From NCBI RefSeq assembly GCF_044704955.1, contig NC_091977.1:510818001-510882000 (forward strand): a stretch of 64,000 nt of DNA, written 5' to 3'. Below, one piece after another: positions 1 to 11,424 of this stretch (position 1 is the stretch's first letter; each line of letters opens with the position of its first letter). A program made the position numbers and the translations under genes. The notes beneath the pieces were generated by a model. It was not told the origin of the DNA and ran no database searches. It saw only the letters and a list, made by a program, of their open reading frames with translations. Source of the DNA: Pristiophorus japonicus (taxonomy: Eukaryota).

Positions 1-176
1 TGTTTGTAGCCACCAGATGACGTCATTGTTGGAGGCCACTGAGCAGCATGCACATGGTGTATAAAAGGCCAGCCATTTTGAGAGTCAGGCACTTTGGGCC
101 TAAATAAAGCAGAAGCAAGGTTGTACCTTGCTTAGTTAAACAGTACTCAGTTTGAACCTTTGTTGTATACATAACA
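1..176 (+). mobile_element. 3' part of a Gypsy-type LTR, probably solo
   Basis: TATAAAA at 60-66, AATAAA at 103-108, ends ACATAACA like the solo LTR at 21451-21663. Confidence 0.6.
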
Positions 177-694
177 AGCCACAGCTCTGATTAGCATCAG
201 CTACTCTGCTACTGCACGTTTTTTTTCCCACAGAATTGACAGCACAGAAGCAGGTCATTCGGCCCAGTGTTTATGCTCCACACACAAGCCTCATCCGGCA
301 CTACTTCATCTAACTCTATCAACATATCCTTCTATGCCTTTCTCCCTCGGGTACTTATCTAGCTTCCCCTTGAATGCATCTCTGCTATTCACCTCAACAA
401 TGCCATGTCGTAGCAAGATCCACATTCTAATCACACTATGGGTAAAACACTGTGTGACATTTTTCTATTTCTCCACTAGCCATCCTATTGCCTCTTGGAG
501 TGTTATTGCCTATTTGGTGCCAATCAATGCCAAACTAATGGCAGTTTTTGTGTGCAGTGGAACTCGGTTGACACTACCCCAAAACTCATTTTTCCAAGCG
601 ACTCTTCCAGCCTCCAGACAGAAGGGGCTCCGAACTCATCAGTCATGACGATGTTTTCTAATCATCCTCCCTTGCTGTTTCTTGCCATTGACAG

Positions 695-901
695 CACGGA
701 CAAACGCCACTCCACCTGGCTGCGGAAAATGATCACTCTGAGGTCGTGAAGCTCTTCCTCAAACAGAAGCCGGAACTGGTGACTTCGGCAAACATGGAGG
801 GGTCTACCTGTGCGCACATCGCCGCATCAAAGGGCAGCGTGGCTGTGATAAAGGAGCTGCTAAAATTCAATAAAGCTGGAGTCACCACAGCACGGAACAA
901 G
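695..901 (+). CDS. trpn1: TRPN1 exon, 2 ankyrin repeats (HGQTPLHLAAENDH...TTARNK), phase 0-0
   Basis: ttgacag|CAC acceptor, AAG|gtgagg donor, 207 bp, TPLHLAA motif. Confidence 0.93.
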
Positions 902-1029
902 GTGAGGCCTGAGAACACCAAACTGTGGGGAGAATAAATACAAACTACCGAATGTACAAGATGAAAAAATAACTAATCAGTATATTGGATATTTAAACAC
1001 TTGTAAATCACTTTTCACCTTACAGTGCC

Positions 1030-1442
1030 AGTCTAGGCTCAGTGGGTAGCACTCTCACCTCTGAGTCAGAAGGTTGTGGGTTCAAGTCCCACTCCAAACA
1101 ATTGAGCACAAAAATCTAGGCTGACACTCCAGTGCTGAGAGAGTGCTGCACTGTTGGAGGTGGCATCTTTCAGATGAGACGTTAAACCGAGGCCCCGTCT
1201 GCTCTCAGGTGGACGTAAAAGATCCCTTAGCATTATTTCGAAGAAGAGCATCCCAGGTGTCCTGGCTAATATTTATCCTTCGATCAACATAACAAAAACA
1301 GATTATCTGATCTTTATCACATTACTATTTGTGGCAGCTTGCTGTGTGCAAATTGGCTGCCATGTTTTCCACATTACAACAGTGACTACACTCCACAAGT
1401 ACTTCTTTGGCGCACTTTGGGGCGTCCGGTGATTGTGAAAGG
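1030..1442 (+). mobile_element. tRNA-derived Deu-domain SINE (SacSINE1-like)
   Basis: A/B boxes (ggctcagtgggtag, ggttcaagtccc); central tcagatgagacgttaaaccgagg...aaagatccc...ggtgtcctggctaatattt resembles the Deu domain; tail runs into the gap. Confidence 0.7.
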
Positions 1443-1627
1443 NNNNNNNNNNNNNNNNNNNNNNNNNNNNNNNNNNNNNNNNNNNNNNNNNNNNNNNNNN
1501 NNNNNNNNNNNNNNNNNNNNNNNNNNNNNNNNNNNNNNNNNNNNNNNNNNNNNNNNNNNNNNNNNNNNNNNNNNNNNNNNNNNNNNNNNNNNNNNNNNNN
1601 NNNNNNNNNNNNNNNNNNNNNNNNNNN
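1443..1627. other. Assembly gap (185 N)
   Basis: Run of N. Confidence 1.
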
Positions 1628-3301
1628 TAAATATTGTGTTACTGGTTAAGCATCTTCTTGTTCCTTTTGCAGAGTGCAGGGACAGTGCCACAGTTGCCAA
1701 TGCTCGGGATCTCATTATTTATTGATTTTTTTTTTAACAATTGTTTAAGTGTGTGTGATTCCTGCCTTCTGTTTCTGAGAATCACACACAGTCATGCCAA
1801 GAAACCTAAGGGGGTGAAATAGGACATGACTGGGGATGCAAGACAGGCATTATCGAATTTGGCAACCATTACACAACATGTCTGCTATTTAGCTCAGTTC
1901 AAGTGAATGGAACTAAATATCTGGTGTGGCAAACGGCAAGTGATAAACGCGATACCGCCGTTATTTATATCCGCCGCCCATGTCCCCACTAGATATATTA
2001 ATAATGCTCCTCCTGCAGGCTGATGCAATCACAATGCACTGATACAGTACAAAATCAGTGAAGTGCTAACAAAACCATGAATGTTGGCTACACTGAAGGC
2101 CTGAGTATTTTACCTGTGTCTCACATTTTACAGACTGGGATATGCACATCAGTGATAATTTAGATTGAATTAACTCTTTCAGCACTCGCAGTGCCAGTAG
2201 GTTCTGTAAAACATACTTTATTTCACATATCTTCTATTTTCTCATTCATATGCTTTGTTTTAACATTAAGTTATATTATTTCTTATTTTTCATGCTCAAT
2301 CACACAACATATTTGGCATGGTTTGCACCCTCCCGTTAGCTCCTGCGGGAGCGGTAACGGAGTGAACGGTGAATCCACCGATGCCTGCGAACTTCCCTAG
2401 CGGGTTTGTGCTGGCACTAACACTTTCCGCCTCGCTCTCTTGTGTCCCGCATATCGTGACATCATCCGGTGTGCAGCGACCCATTACCGCCCCGGATGTG
2501 ATATTCGCTCCCACCCCCTGCAGCGTCGCCGGGCGTCAACAACGGCAGCTGCAGGAGGCGTTATCACCTGGGCCGGCCACATGGGGAGCGCTAATTAAAG
2601 GCAATGGTGGTCGGGTAGGGCAAAATTTATTTCTCTCCCCAGTCTGGTGCCTCCTGATTTCATTTGATCCCACGATTCCTCAGCCCTGCACTATCTTAGA
2701 GTGCTTGGGGCTGCTATGCACGTAGCGCAGGTCAGTGACCCACAGGTGCACTCCTGCTCCTCCTGGCCCCACAAGGACATTTTTTTACATTTAGAAAACT
2801 TGCCTTCCTGGGCCTCTGCTTGCCGACTAGGTTGGCCTGGAAGGTGGTTAAGCCTCTTCCCACTCAGGCCAACGAGTCAAAATTGATGACATAAGATTTC
2901 TTGACCGCTTTCGGTCACCTCCCCTAAATTTCCTCCAACTTCCTGCTCTTGCCATCTCTTTCATTTTGAAAATTCCTTAGGACCTTTCATGTGAAGGATG
3001 CTGTGTAACCTGTAAGATGGTGTTGCCCTTTTTCACCCCTGCATTTTACTTAACAACATCAGCATCGTCCCTCATCCCTACTCTCCTTTATGCTTTGTCT
3101 GAGTTGAAAGTACTTGCTTCTGATACTGGCTAAAAAAAGTGACAAATATTCCTTTCCCAACAAAAATATTTCTCACCTCACAAACTTAGAAAAAAAATGA
3201 CTTCATTTGCAAAAAGAATGTTCTAAATGGTGCAGGGAAAGATCTGTCGAAGCCTTCTGTGCACAGCACATTTGTGAAGATTGTGATTTTGTATTTTTCA
3301 G

Positions 3302-3403
3302 ACCAAAGACTCCACTCCACTCCATCTAGCGGCTGCTGGAGGTCACGCAGAGGTCGTTAAGGTGTTGTTGGAGGCTGGTGCTGATGGCACCGATGAGAAC
3401 GCG
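3302..3403 (+). CDS. trpn1: TRPN1 exon, 1 ankyrin repeat (TKDSTPLHLAAAGGHAEVVKVLLEAGADGTDENA), phase 0-0
   Basis: tttttcag|ACC acceptor, GCG|gtgtgt donor, 102 bp; too short for the ORF track. Confidence 0.92.
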
Positions 3404-3419
3404 GTGTGTATTAACCTAA

Positions 3420-3790
3420 AAAAGGTCTTTAAAATTATGAAGGGATTTGATGGAGTAGATGTAAAGAAGATGTTTGCACTTGTGGGAGAGTTCAAAACTA
3501 GCGGTCATAAATAGAAGATGGTCACTAATAAATCCAATAAGGTATTCAGGAGAAACTTCTTTACCCAGAGATTGGGTAGAATGTGGAACTTGCTACCAGA
3601 TGGAATAGTTAAGGTGAAAAGCATAGGTGCATTTAAGGGGAAGAGTACATGAGGGAGAAAGGAATAGAAGGATGTGTTGTTCAGGTTAGAATAAGTAGGG
3701 TGGGAGGAGGCTTGTGTGGAGCATAAACACCGGCATAGACCACTTGGGCCGAATGGCCTGTTTCTGTGCTGTAATTTCTATGCAATTCTA
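3420..3790 (+). mobile_element. CR1 LINE 3' fragment (old)
   Basis: ttcaggagaaacttctttacccagag...gggccgaatggcctg tail, shared with other CR1 copies in the window. Confidence 0.8.
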
Positions 3791-4289
3791 TTTAACGTGC
3801 TTCTACTGAGCTACAACTGGAAGCCCACAGTTCTTTTTAAATGTTTTTTTTATGTGTCGTCTAAATATTTCCCCTTTCCACCACTAACAGACCCTTCAAT
3901 ATGTGAACTCATACAGTGCCCATTCATACCAATCAATGAAAATGTATTACAAACCTTGCCAACAATGCATCTTCCAAACCTTTGCTGCCGACATAACTTT
4001 ATTGCGACCACACCTCGAATAAAAATCCAAACTGTGTGTGTGCCTTGTGTTTCTTACCACCACTCTTTGGTGTAACTATTTGCTGTACAAATTCAAACCT
4101 AGTGTTGTGCTATCTGAGTATCTGGAGTATATGAGATGCTGGCTGCAATGTTCTAATAGGAGCCTCTTGTTACTGAGCTGGCCTCCCGTCTTACAGCAGC
4201 CAAGTCCTGAGATGAACCTCTTGCATGGGTAGCTTGGATCTGCAACCTTTCAACCATGCGCAGGCATTGGAGGGGACAGGCTGGAGTGC

Positions 4290-5372
4290 CCACATGCAAT
4301 GCCATCCTGAGAGGTTGAGTAGGTTGGGCCTATATGCATTGGCGTTCAGAAGAATGAGAAGTGATCTTATCGAAATAAATAAGATAATGAGGGGGCTCGA
4401 CAAGGTGGATGCAGCGAGGATATTTCCACTCATAGCGAAAACTAAAACTAGGGTGCATAGGCCCCAGTTTTCTTCAGTGCAAGGCTCGCCCATTTCGCCG
4501 ATGGCCGCCGAGAGATTCCTCTAAAATGGTACCACCCGGCGGCAAAATAACGGTTTACGCCGTCAATCTGGGCGGCAGCGGACGGGAGCTCACAATCTCG
4601 GCGGCAAATGAGCTTGCCACCCAAGTGCCACCGAGGATGCAGTTGGGCCCAGGGAGGGGGGAACTCTGAAAAGTAAAAAAACATTACCAAAAAAAAAACA
4701 TCGGAACACCTTCAGGGAACCCCATCCAGGTAAGTCGCTGTAAACATTTTTTTAAAAAGATGTTCACTAACCTTTTCTTTCATGTCTTCATACCTACCGT
4801 CAGAGTTAGAACAGCCTCCACACAGCAGTCCTCCCCCCTGCTGGTGCCGACTCCCGCTGACTCCTGCTGCACCAATCTGGCATCTCGGTGGGTGGGAGGC
4901 CATTTACGCAACTTAGCCGCCAGAGGATGTCAGCGGGCAGATCCCGGTGGTACTCTCCTTCCGCCCGCTCCAGCCCAAGTGGAAACTGGGAACGAGAAGA
5001 AAACGGCAGCAAAACTAGGCGGCAGTCAGCAGCAGCAGGCAGCAGTGGGCGGTAAAGCCACCAATATCAGAGCCATAGTCTCAGAATAAGGGGCCGCCCA
5101 TTTAAAACTGAGATGAGGAGGAATTTCTTCTCTCAGAGGGTTGTAAATCTATGGAATTCTCTGCCCCAGAGAGCTGTGGAGGCTGGGTCATTGAATATAT
5201 TTAAGGCGGAGATAGACAGATTTTTGAGCGATAAGGGAATAAAGGGTTATGGGGAGCGGGCAGGGAAGTGGAGCTGAGTCCATGATCAGATCAGCCATGA
5301 TCTTATTAAATGGCGGAGCAGGCGCGAGGGACCAGGTGGCCTACTCCTGCTCCTATTTCTTATGTTCTTATG
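4290..5372 (+). mobile_element. CR1 LINE 3' end interrupted by a MITE
   Basis: LGLYALAFRRMRSDLIE...KTRG|HSLRIRG split at 4460-5074; tail tttcttatgttctta. Confidence 0.85.
4460..5074. mobile_element. PIF/Harbinger-type MITE nested in CR1
   Basis: 3-bp TSD ATA (4457-4459 and 5075-5077), imperfect GGCCCC../..GAGCC termini; CR1 is continuous once it is removed. Confidence 0.7.
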
Positions 5373-5549
5373 AGAGACGGCACCATGACGTGTGCCTAGT
5401 CCATGACATGCCACTGGTACAGGCCACTGTCTCCACATGGCCACTTGTCTGTGCCAATGCAGACCTAATGGTATCAATGAAATCAGCAAAGCCCTATGTA
5501 ATATTTGTCCGCAATCCATGCTCCCTTCTTTTCAGACTGAGAAACCAAC

Positions 5550-5790
5550 TTGTATCTGTAATGGTGACCATGAAACTACTGGATTGTCATAAAAACCCAT
5601 CTGGTTCACTAATGTCCTTTGGGGAAGAAAATCTACCCTCCTTTCCTGGTCTGGCCTATATGTGACTCCAGACCCACAACAATATGCTTGACCCTTAACT
5701 TTCCCTGAAATGTCGGCTCACCACCACCTTCTCGAGGGCAATTAGGGCCTTGCCAGTGACGCCCACATCCTGTGAATGAATTTTTTTTAA
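5550..5790 (+). mobile_element. Meta-domain-type SINE, 5'-truncated
   Basis: aaaaacccatctggttcactaatgtccttt...tgtgactccagacccac core repeated at 17505, 31155, 32988 and 62830; family name from memory. Confidence 0.75.
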
Positions 5791-6056
5791 CTGTGCTTTC
5801 GGGCCTGTGTCACTCTGGTCCAAATAGAGCCTCCCACCTCTGCTGGTGACCCCTGGCTAAAGGAGTATCACACTCCAATGAGAGCATGATCAAAATAGCC
5901 CTGTGCTACATTCTAGCGTCAATAACCTGAGGAAGATGAGAAACAGGATCAGATTAGAATTAGAATGAGATTGAACATATTCATAGATGCTATATTTGTT
6001 AGTTACTATTCTTCCTGAATATGATTATTTTGATTGTTTTTCTTTTCATTTTCCAG

Positions 6057-6155
6057 GAGGGAATGAATGCAATTCATTTAGCTGCTAAAAATGGACATAT
6101 TAATGTCCTGGAAGCCTTGAAAGGCACCATATCCTTTAAAATAACCAGCACAAAG
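6057..6155 (+). CDS. trpn1: TRPN1 exon, 1 ankyrin repeat (EGMNAIHLAAKNGHINVLEALKGTISFKITSTK), phase 0-0
   Basis: Polypyrimidine tract with ttccag|GAG, AAG|gttaga donor, 99 bp. Confidence 0.92.
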
Positions 6156-7822
6156 GTTAGAGACACTGACGGACGTTTTGTTCCATGTTCTCTTTGAGTT
6201 TTAATTTACAGTCGCCTTAGTATCAATTTAGTTATCATTTGAAACTTGGGTAGAGACCAGCTTAAAAAATGTCTTGCATAACTTATCAAATTGCTGCAGT
6301 CGTTACCAGGCAATTAAATACCAACAGTATTGTTTTCTGATAATTGACTGTTAATTATTCCTTAATAGTCTCGCAGTTGTTGCTCTTGTTAATCAGTGAC
6401 ACATCAACTGGCCATAGACAAATGTTTAACCAATTCAAGGCCCTTTCATCCTTAGCGATACCTAGCCGGTGGTTCATGAAATGGCTCAGATTTTCTGATT
6501 GTAAATCAGGCCAACTTGATTGGAAAAGCAAGGCAGAGAGCCAAAACACTGGATTTCCCAGCCCCTTTGCAAAGTTTTCGGGTGTGGAGCACTGGCATCA
6601 GAAGCACTGGCCTCAAGCAGTCAAGTGTTTCATTTAAATGCTCCCTTCCTCCCTCCCCAATGCCCTGCGCACAATTTCCAGGTGCTCAAGCCTGCAGGAT
6701 GCTCATTCAGCATTGTGGCAATTCAACATGGGGATTTAAGGTTACCAGGGAATGACCAGTATTTTGGAAGTTCATTTATACGACACAGTAATTTACAGGC
6801 AATGAGGAAGAGAGTGTGTTTTTGGGATGCCTAAGTAAGATCTTCTTGGTCTGTCGACCCTGGTGAAGGAGAGTCTACATGATGCGAAGAGATGTCTTTG
6901 GTGATGCCTAACTCTTTAAGAGCCTCCAAGCTAGCCTCTTCCCTGTCTTTATTCTTCTTCATAAGATCAAGCTAAAGGTACGCCCATTGAGAAATCCATG
7001 AGTACAAAGCTGAGTAAAAATAGTAGCAAAAGCCATGACGCAAGCCTCAAATACTAAAAAGATAGCAATAACAGGCGAAGGGACACCAACCTTCAGTAGC
7101 AGCAAAACAAAATGACCTCCTCAGTGTGGTTTGCGACTCAGGGATACCTTGCTGCAGGTCTTCTCAGCATTGATATAGTGGCGACAATTATGTAGGGTAA
7201 GTTTGGGCTGGAAATGGAGAGGAATGGGGCAGAGGGGTTTGCCACTGCCCCTTGATCCCTTTTAAATATGGTGGAGCGGGATTCTGGTGGGCCGTAAAGG
7301 GAACTGCCAGTTTATTGGGAAGAGCATCAGGTTTAATTTGGCAGATCTGAGACAGTAGCCTTTAAGAACACATTTAACTCTATCCACCATCTTGAAACAG
7401 TCTGTACATCAAAGGAGAATACAGGCCACTGAGTTTTATTTGTTTCCAATTAGCCTGTTACCATTCAGTAAGCAGCAAGCTATCAGTAATCTTATAGGAA
7501 CGCACTTTTATTCTATTCTATGTGTGAAGGAATATATATTATAAAACCACAACTAAAACCGCCTTTGTGTGCTACTCTGAATGTAAAAGTCCACCATCTC
7601 TTCAAAAATGAAATCAAATCTTTTTACATATCCCACAAATCTCTTGAAAGTATTGTGAATAATTTGCCAGTGGTTTCCTCATTGATGGCTGTTATGTTAT
7701 TTTTTAACTCTAGATCATCTTCTCAGGTTGAGCACCTCAGATCACACGCACATCGACGAACTCGTGCTCCCTGAAAATTAAATGCAGCCTAATCTAACCA
7801 AACTTCTTTTTCCTCCCTGAAG

Positions 7823-7969
7823 ACTGGATTCACAGCCCTTCACGTGGCTGCGCATTTTGGCCAGATGGACTTTGTGAGGGAGATTCTCACCAAGGTGCCA
7901 GCAATCATACGCAGTGAGACACCGAAGGCCACTGGCGAGGGACTACTAATGAAAGAACAGGCGAGCGAG
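7823..7969 (+). CDS. trpn1: TRPN1 exon, ankyrin repeat plus NOMPC-type insertion (TGFTALHVAAHFGQ...SETPKATGEGLLMKEQASE), phase 0-0
   Basis: ctgaag|ACT acceptor, GAG|gtagca donor, 147 bp; KVPA..SETP motif resembles NOMPC. Confidence 0.9.
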
Positions 7970-8207
7970 GTAGCAAGAGTTGGCATCCTCCTCACACCAA
8001 ACTCTGTGGCGGGTTGGCAGATGTGAACAACCAAATATGCCACTAAGATCTGTCTTTTTTTGCTTTTAAAGTAGTTTTGATAGGCCTCCACCAAACACCT
8101 AATTGTGTATTTTCAATAGCGAATCCACATTATGCAGGGTTTTCAATCAAAGATTACAGTACCTCTCGAATCGGGCACTGGTGCAATAAATAAAAGCAAC
8201 TGCCTTG

Positions 8208-8670
8208 TTACCAGAATGTTACCAGGGCTCCAAGGGTTAAATTATGAGAAGAGCTTGCACAAACTAAGCTTGCATTCCCTGGAATATAGAAGGTTAAGGG
8301 GTGATTTGGTTCTGGTTTTTAGGATGTTGAAAGGAATTGATAGGGTAGATGGAGAGAAACTTTTTCCAGTGCTGAGGGAGTCTAGTACAACAGAAAGTAA
8401 CCTTAAAATCAGATCCAGGCCATTCAGGAGAGAAGATAGGAAACATTTCTTCACACAAAGGGTGGTAGACATGTGGAACTCTCCCACAAAAAGCAGTAGA
8501 TGTTAGCTCCATGAATCATTTTAAATGTGAGATCGATTGATTTTTGCTAGCCAAGGGTATAAAAAGATATGGAGCCAAGAAGGGGTTAAATCACATCAGC
8601 CATGATCTGACTGAATAGCGGAACAGGCTCGAGGGGCTGAATGGCCTACTGCTGTTTCTATGCTCCTATG
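8208..8670 (+). mobile_element. CR1 LINE 3' fragment
   Basis: TRMLPGLQGLNYEKSLHKLSLHSLEYRRLRGDL...FFTQRVVDMWNS. Confidence 0.85.
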
Positions 8671-9094
8671 CCTTGGGCTCTCATTACAAATGAGTCTGTC
8701 CACTAAAACAAAGTATTGAAGTGTGAGGACATCGTCTCAGCCAAATCCAGCTCAGTTGCAAGATACGGAGGTCAACCTCTGACAGATGTTAAGAGGCCCA
8801 CATGAAATGAGCTAATTCAGTCTTTGATGTAGTAAATCCCTGTTGCTACTAGTGATGAGTACACATGGTTCCAAAGTTGGATGTAAATTTTTCAGTTTTA
8901 GTTGGTGGTTAAAGGTTAAACACAATGATGTGTGGTGGAGAGAGTTCCTAAGACACGGCAATATTAGTGCAGTGCAGAGGAGCTCAGCATTGTATCACAT
9001 TGGGGAAATACTCCTCACAAGATCAGAAAAGTCATTTTCTGATACATTTTTTCCCAAAAAGGAATAAATTATACTCATAAACTCTTTAATTATT

Positions 9095-9824
9095 GGGCCA
9101 GATTTTGCTGGAGCAGGGCATCTCACAGCATGCCCGTGTTAGTTGGACTTGTTTGTGCACATTTAGGTTTTACATTTTTTTGCTGGGAAGCGCGAGCTAA
9201 TAACGGCGCAGCGAGGGAAGCAGACCATCGGGGACCTTGGGGCAAACAGCATATCTCCTTAACCAATGAGATTTAAGGCTTGAGGAATAAGCAGAAGAAA
9301 GACTGAGAAGGACGGTGAATTAGAGTGGGTGAATTCAATGTCAAATCCAGTAAAGAGAAATAAAGCAAGGGAAAGAAAGATTGGATTAAGAGAGAGAAAA
9401 AGAGACAAAGGAAAAGTTTTTAAAAATCTAAAGATTTAAAATTTGCCATTTTTTAAAACTCGTAAAATAATTCACAATTTGAAGAAATGAGATTCCACAC
9501 TTATGAATGTTCATTTTCTGGGCAAGAGAGGTTGATTGGCAGTCATTAACAATTATTACGCAATTAATTACTAGACTTAAGTCTGTGGCCAGTTTAATGG
9601 GCAATTAATGTGTAAAATGCAGCAACTTCATGAAACTCACGGGGAGGCTAAGCGGAGATGCTGTTTTCGCGAAGCTAATGGGGAAGAGCCGCAAATCGGC
9701 CCGCAATGTGTGGCGGTTTGCAATTCGCGGGTATCTCTTCCTCGCCACAAGTTGCCGACCAAGTTACTCATTCATAACGACGTGCGTCGTTCACCCGCGT
9801 TATCTTTGCAGCAAAATCTGCCAC
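9095..9824. mobile_element. PIF/Harbinger-type MITE
   Basis: TIR gggccagattttgctg / cagcaaaatctgccac, 3-bp TSD ATT on both sides. Confidence 0.75.
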
Positions 9825-10609
9825 ATTGTCTTCAGCAATGAGTTATTTCATTGCTCTAGATGATGCAAGATCACTAACTCAGGATCAGTTTGTGTAATAT
9901 TGCATCTATTGGTTGTATGAGGAAAGCAGTGTGAGATTCGGCCTCATGCCCATCGGAAACAATTGATAAATGTAAGACTCATCTTTCAACAACGTGTATT
10001 TATATAGCGCCTTTAACGTAGTAAAACATCCCAAGGTGCTTCGCATATGTATTATAAGGCAAAACATTTGACATTTTTCTTATTGTGAGTATTTATATAT
10101 TTTTTTAAAGTTGAGAAACCAGTTGAAGGGTCAATGCTCTGCAAGACATTACTAAATGTGAAATGGGTGGGGTGGAGGTGGGGGGGGAACGGTAGAACAG
10201 AAAGAGGATAAATCAAGACGTAATGGTTTGATGATACCAAGTTTGGATTTTTTTAAATGTAGATTGGAGGAGAAAGAGCAATCCAAGGGAAGTAAATTAA
10301 CTTCTGTAAATGTTAACTTCTATTTTTATTTCAAATTTTGAGTAGTTCTTGCTTCATTAGAACTGTTTATACTGAAAATATATATTTTTTTGTCTTTTGC
10401 TTCTGTAGTGGAGCAACAATTATGAGCTGTAAAGTTTGTTTCAGGCACAGAAGGGATCAGCCCAAATAGGGATGTAGAACGTTAGCCATTCACTTCACAA
10501 CCCAGTGCTGCAGGTTGAAGTTGTCTTTACTCCTTGACACATGAACCCCGCCAAGTCGTGTATACATTGGAGGTGAATTTCCACAGGGGGTTATCCCGAT
10601 CGGCCTAAC

Positions 10610-11043
10610 TAACGCCTTGATTTTCATAATTCTCATCCTTGCTTACAAATTCCTCCATGGCCTCGCTCCTCCCTATCTCTGTAATCTCTCCTTCAGCCTC
10701 ACAACTCCCCCCCCCACCCCCCGCCCCCCCGAGATGTCTGCGCTCCTCAAATTCTGCCCTTTTGTGCTTCCCTGATTATAATTGCTCAACCATTGGTGGC
10801 CGTGCCTTCAGCTGCCTGACCCCTAAGCTCTGGAACTCCCTTCCTAAACCTCTCCGCCTCTCTACCTCTTTCTCCTCCTTGAAGACGCTCCTTAAAACTT
10901 ACCTCTTTGACCAAGCTTTTGTCATCTGCTATAATTTCTTCTTATGTGGTTCGGTGTCAAATTTCTGTCTTTTAACACTCCTGTGAAGCGCTTTGAAGCA
11001 TTTTACTGCGTTAAAGACGCTATATAAATGCAAGTTGTTGTTG
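10610..11043 (+). mobile_element. L2 LINE 3' end
   Basis: RCLRSS...TIGGRAFSCLTPKLWNSLPKPLR...LKTLLKTYLF; tail cgctatataaatgcaagttgttgttg. Confidence 0.85.
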
Positions 11044-11316
11044 GCAGATCTGTTGAGACCCTGAAGAAACAGTGTAATCGCCATTTAATTGCGAGCGATA
11101 ACTGGTTATGAATCAGAGGGTTTTTTTAATTAGTCAGAAAAATAAGGTCACCTTTTTAGGAAGATGGTGCCTTCTATCATGAAGATAATTTTTGTCATCT
11201 TCGCTCAAGTGAGAACTGCAAAATGGAGGTGTAATTATTTAGTGGTCAGTGTTGTGGAAATAAGGGAATATCCACTGGTTGATCTAGGATTAATGCCTTT
11301 ATTGTTGCTGCTTCAG

Positions 11317-11424
11317 TCAGGGTACACACCATTACACCTGGCGGCACAGTCTGGACATGAGAACTTGGTTCGGCTTCTGCTCAACTACCCAGGGGTCCAG
11401 GTGGACACTCAAACCAGCCTGCAG
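11317..11424 (+). CDS. trpn1: TRPN1 exon, 1 ankyrin repeat (SGYTPLHLAAQSGHENLVRLLLNYPGVQVDTQTSLQ), phase 0-0
   Basis: cttcag|TCA acceptor, CAG|gtgagt donor, 108 bp. Confidence 0.93.

Noticed and set aside
1030-1100. tRNA gene (also ~31160 and ~63240-63320)
   Set aside because: A/B boxes are SINE heads running directly into SINE bodies; no intact cloverleaf
2316-2960. GC-rich patch as a CpG island or promoter (similarly 50200-50700, 51995-52390, 55165-56130, 59420-59890)
   Set aside because: Resembles the MITE interiors seen elsewhere in the window; termini could not be defined, so not annotated
11311-11320. Alternative tandem acceptor cttcAGtcAG
   Set aside because: The distal AG shifts the frame by 4 nt; only the proximal AG keeps SGYTPLH
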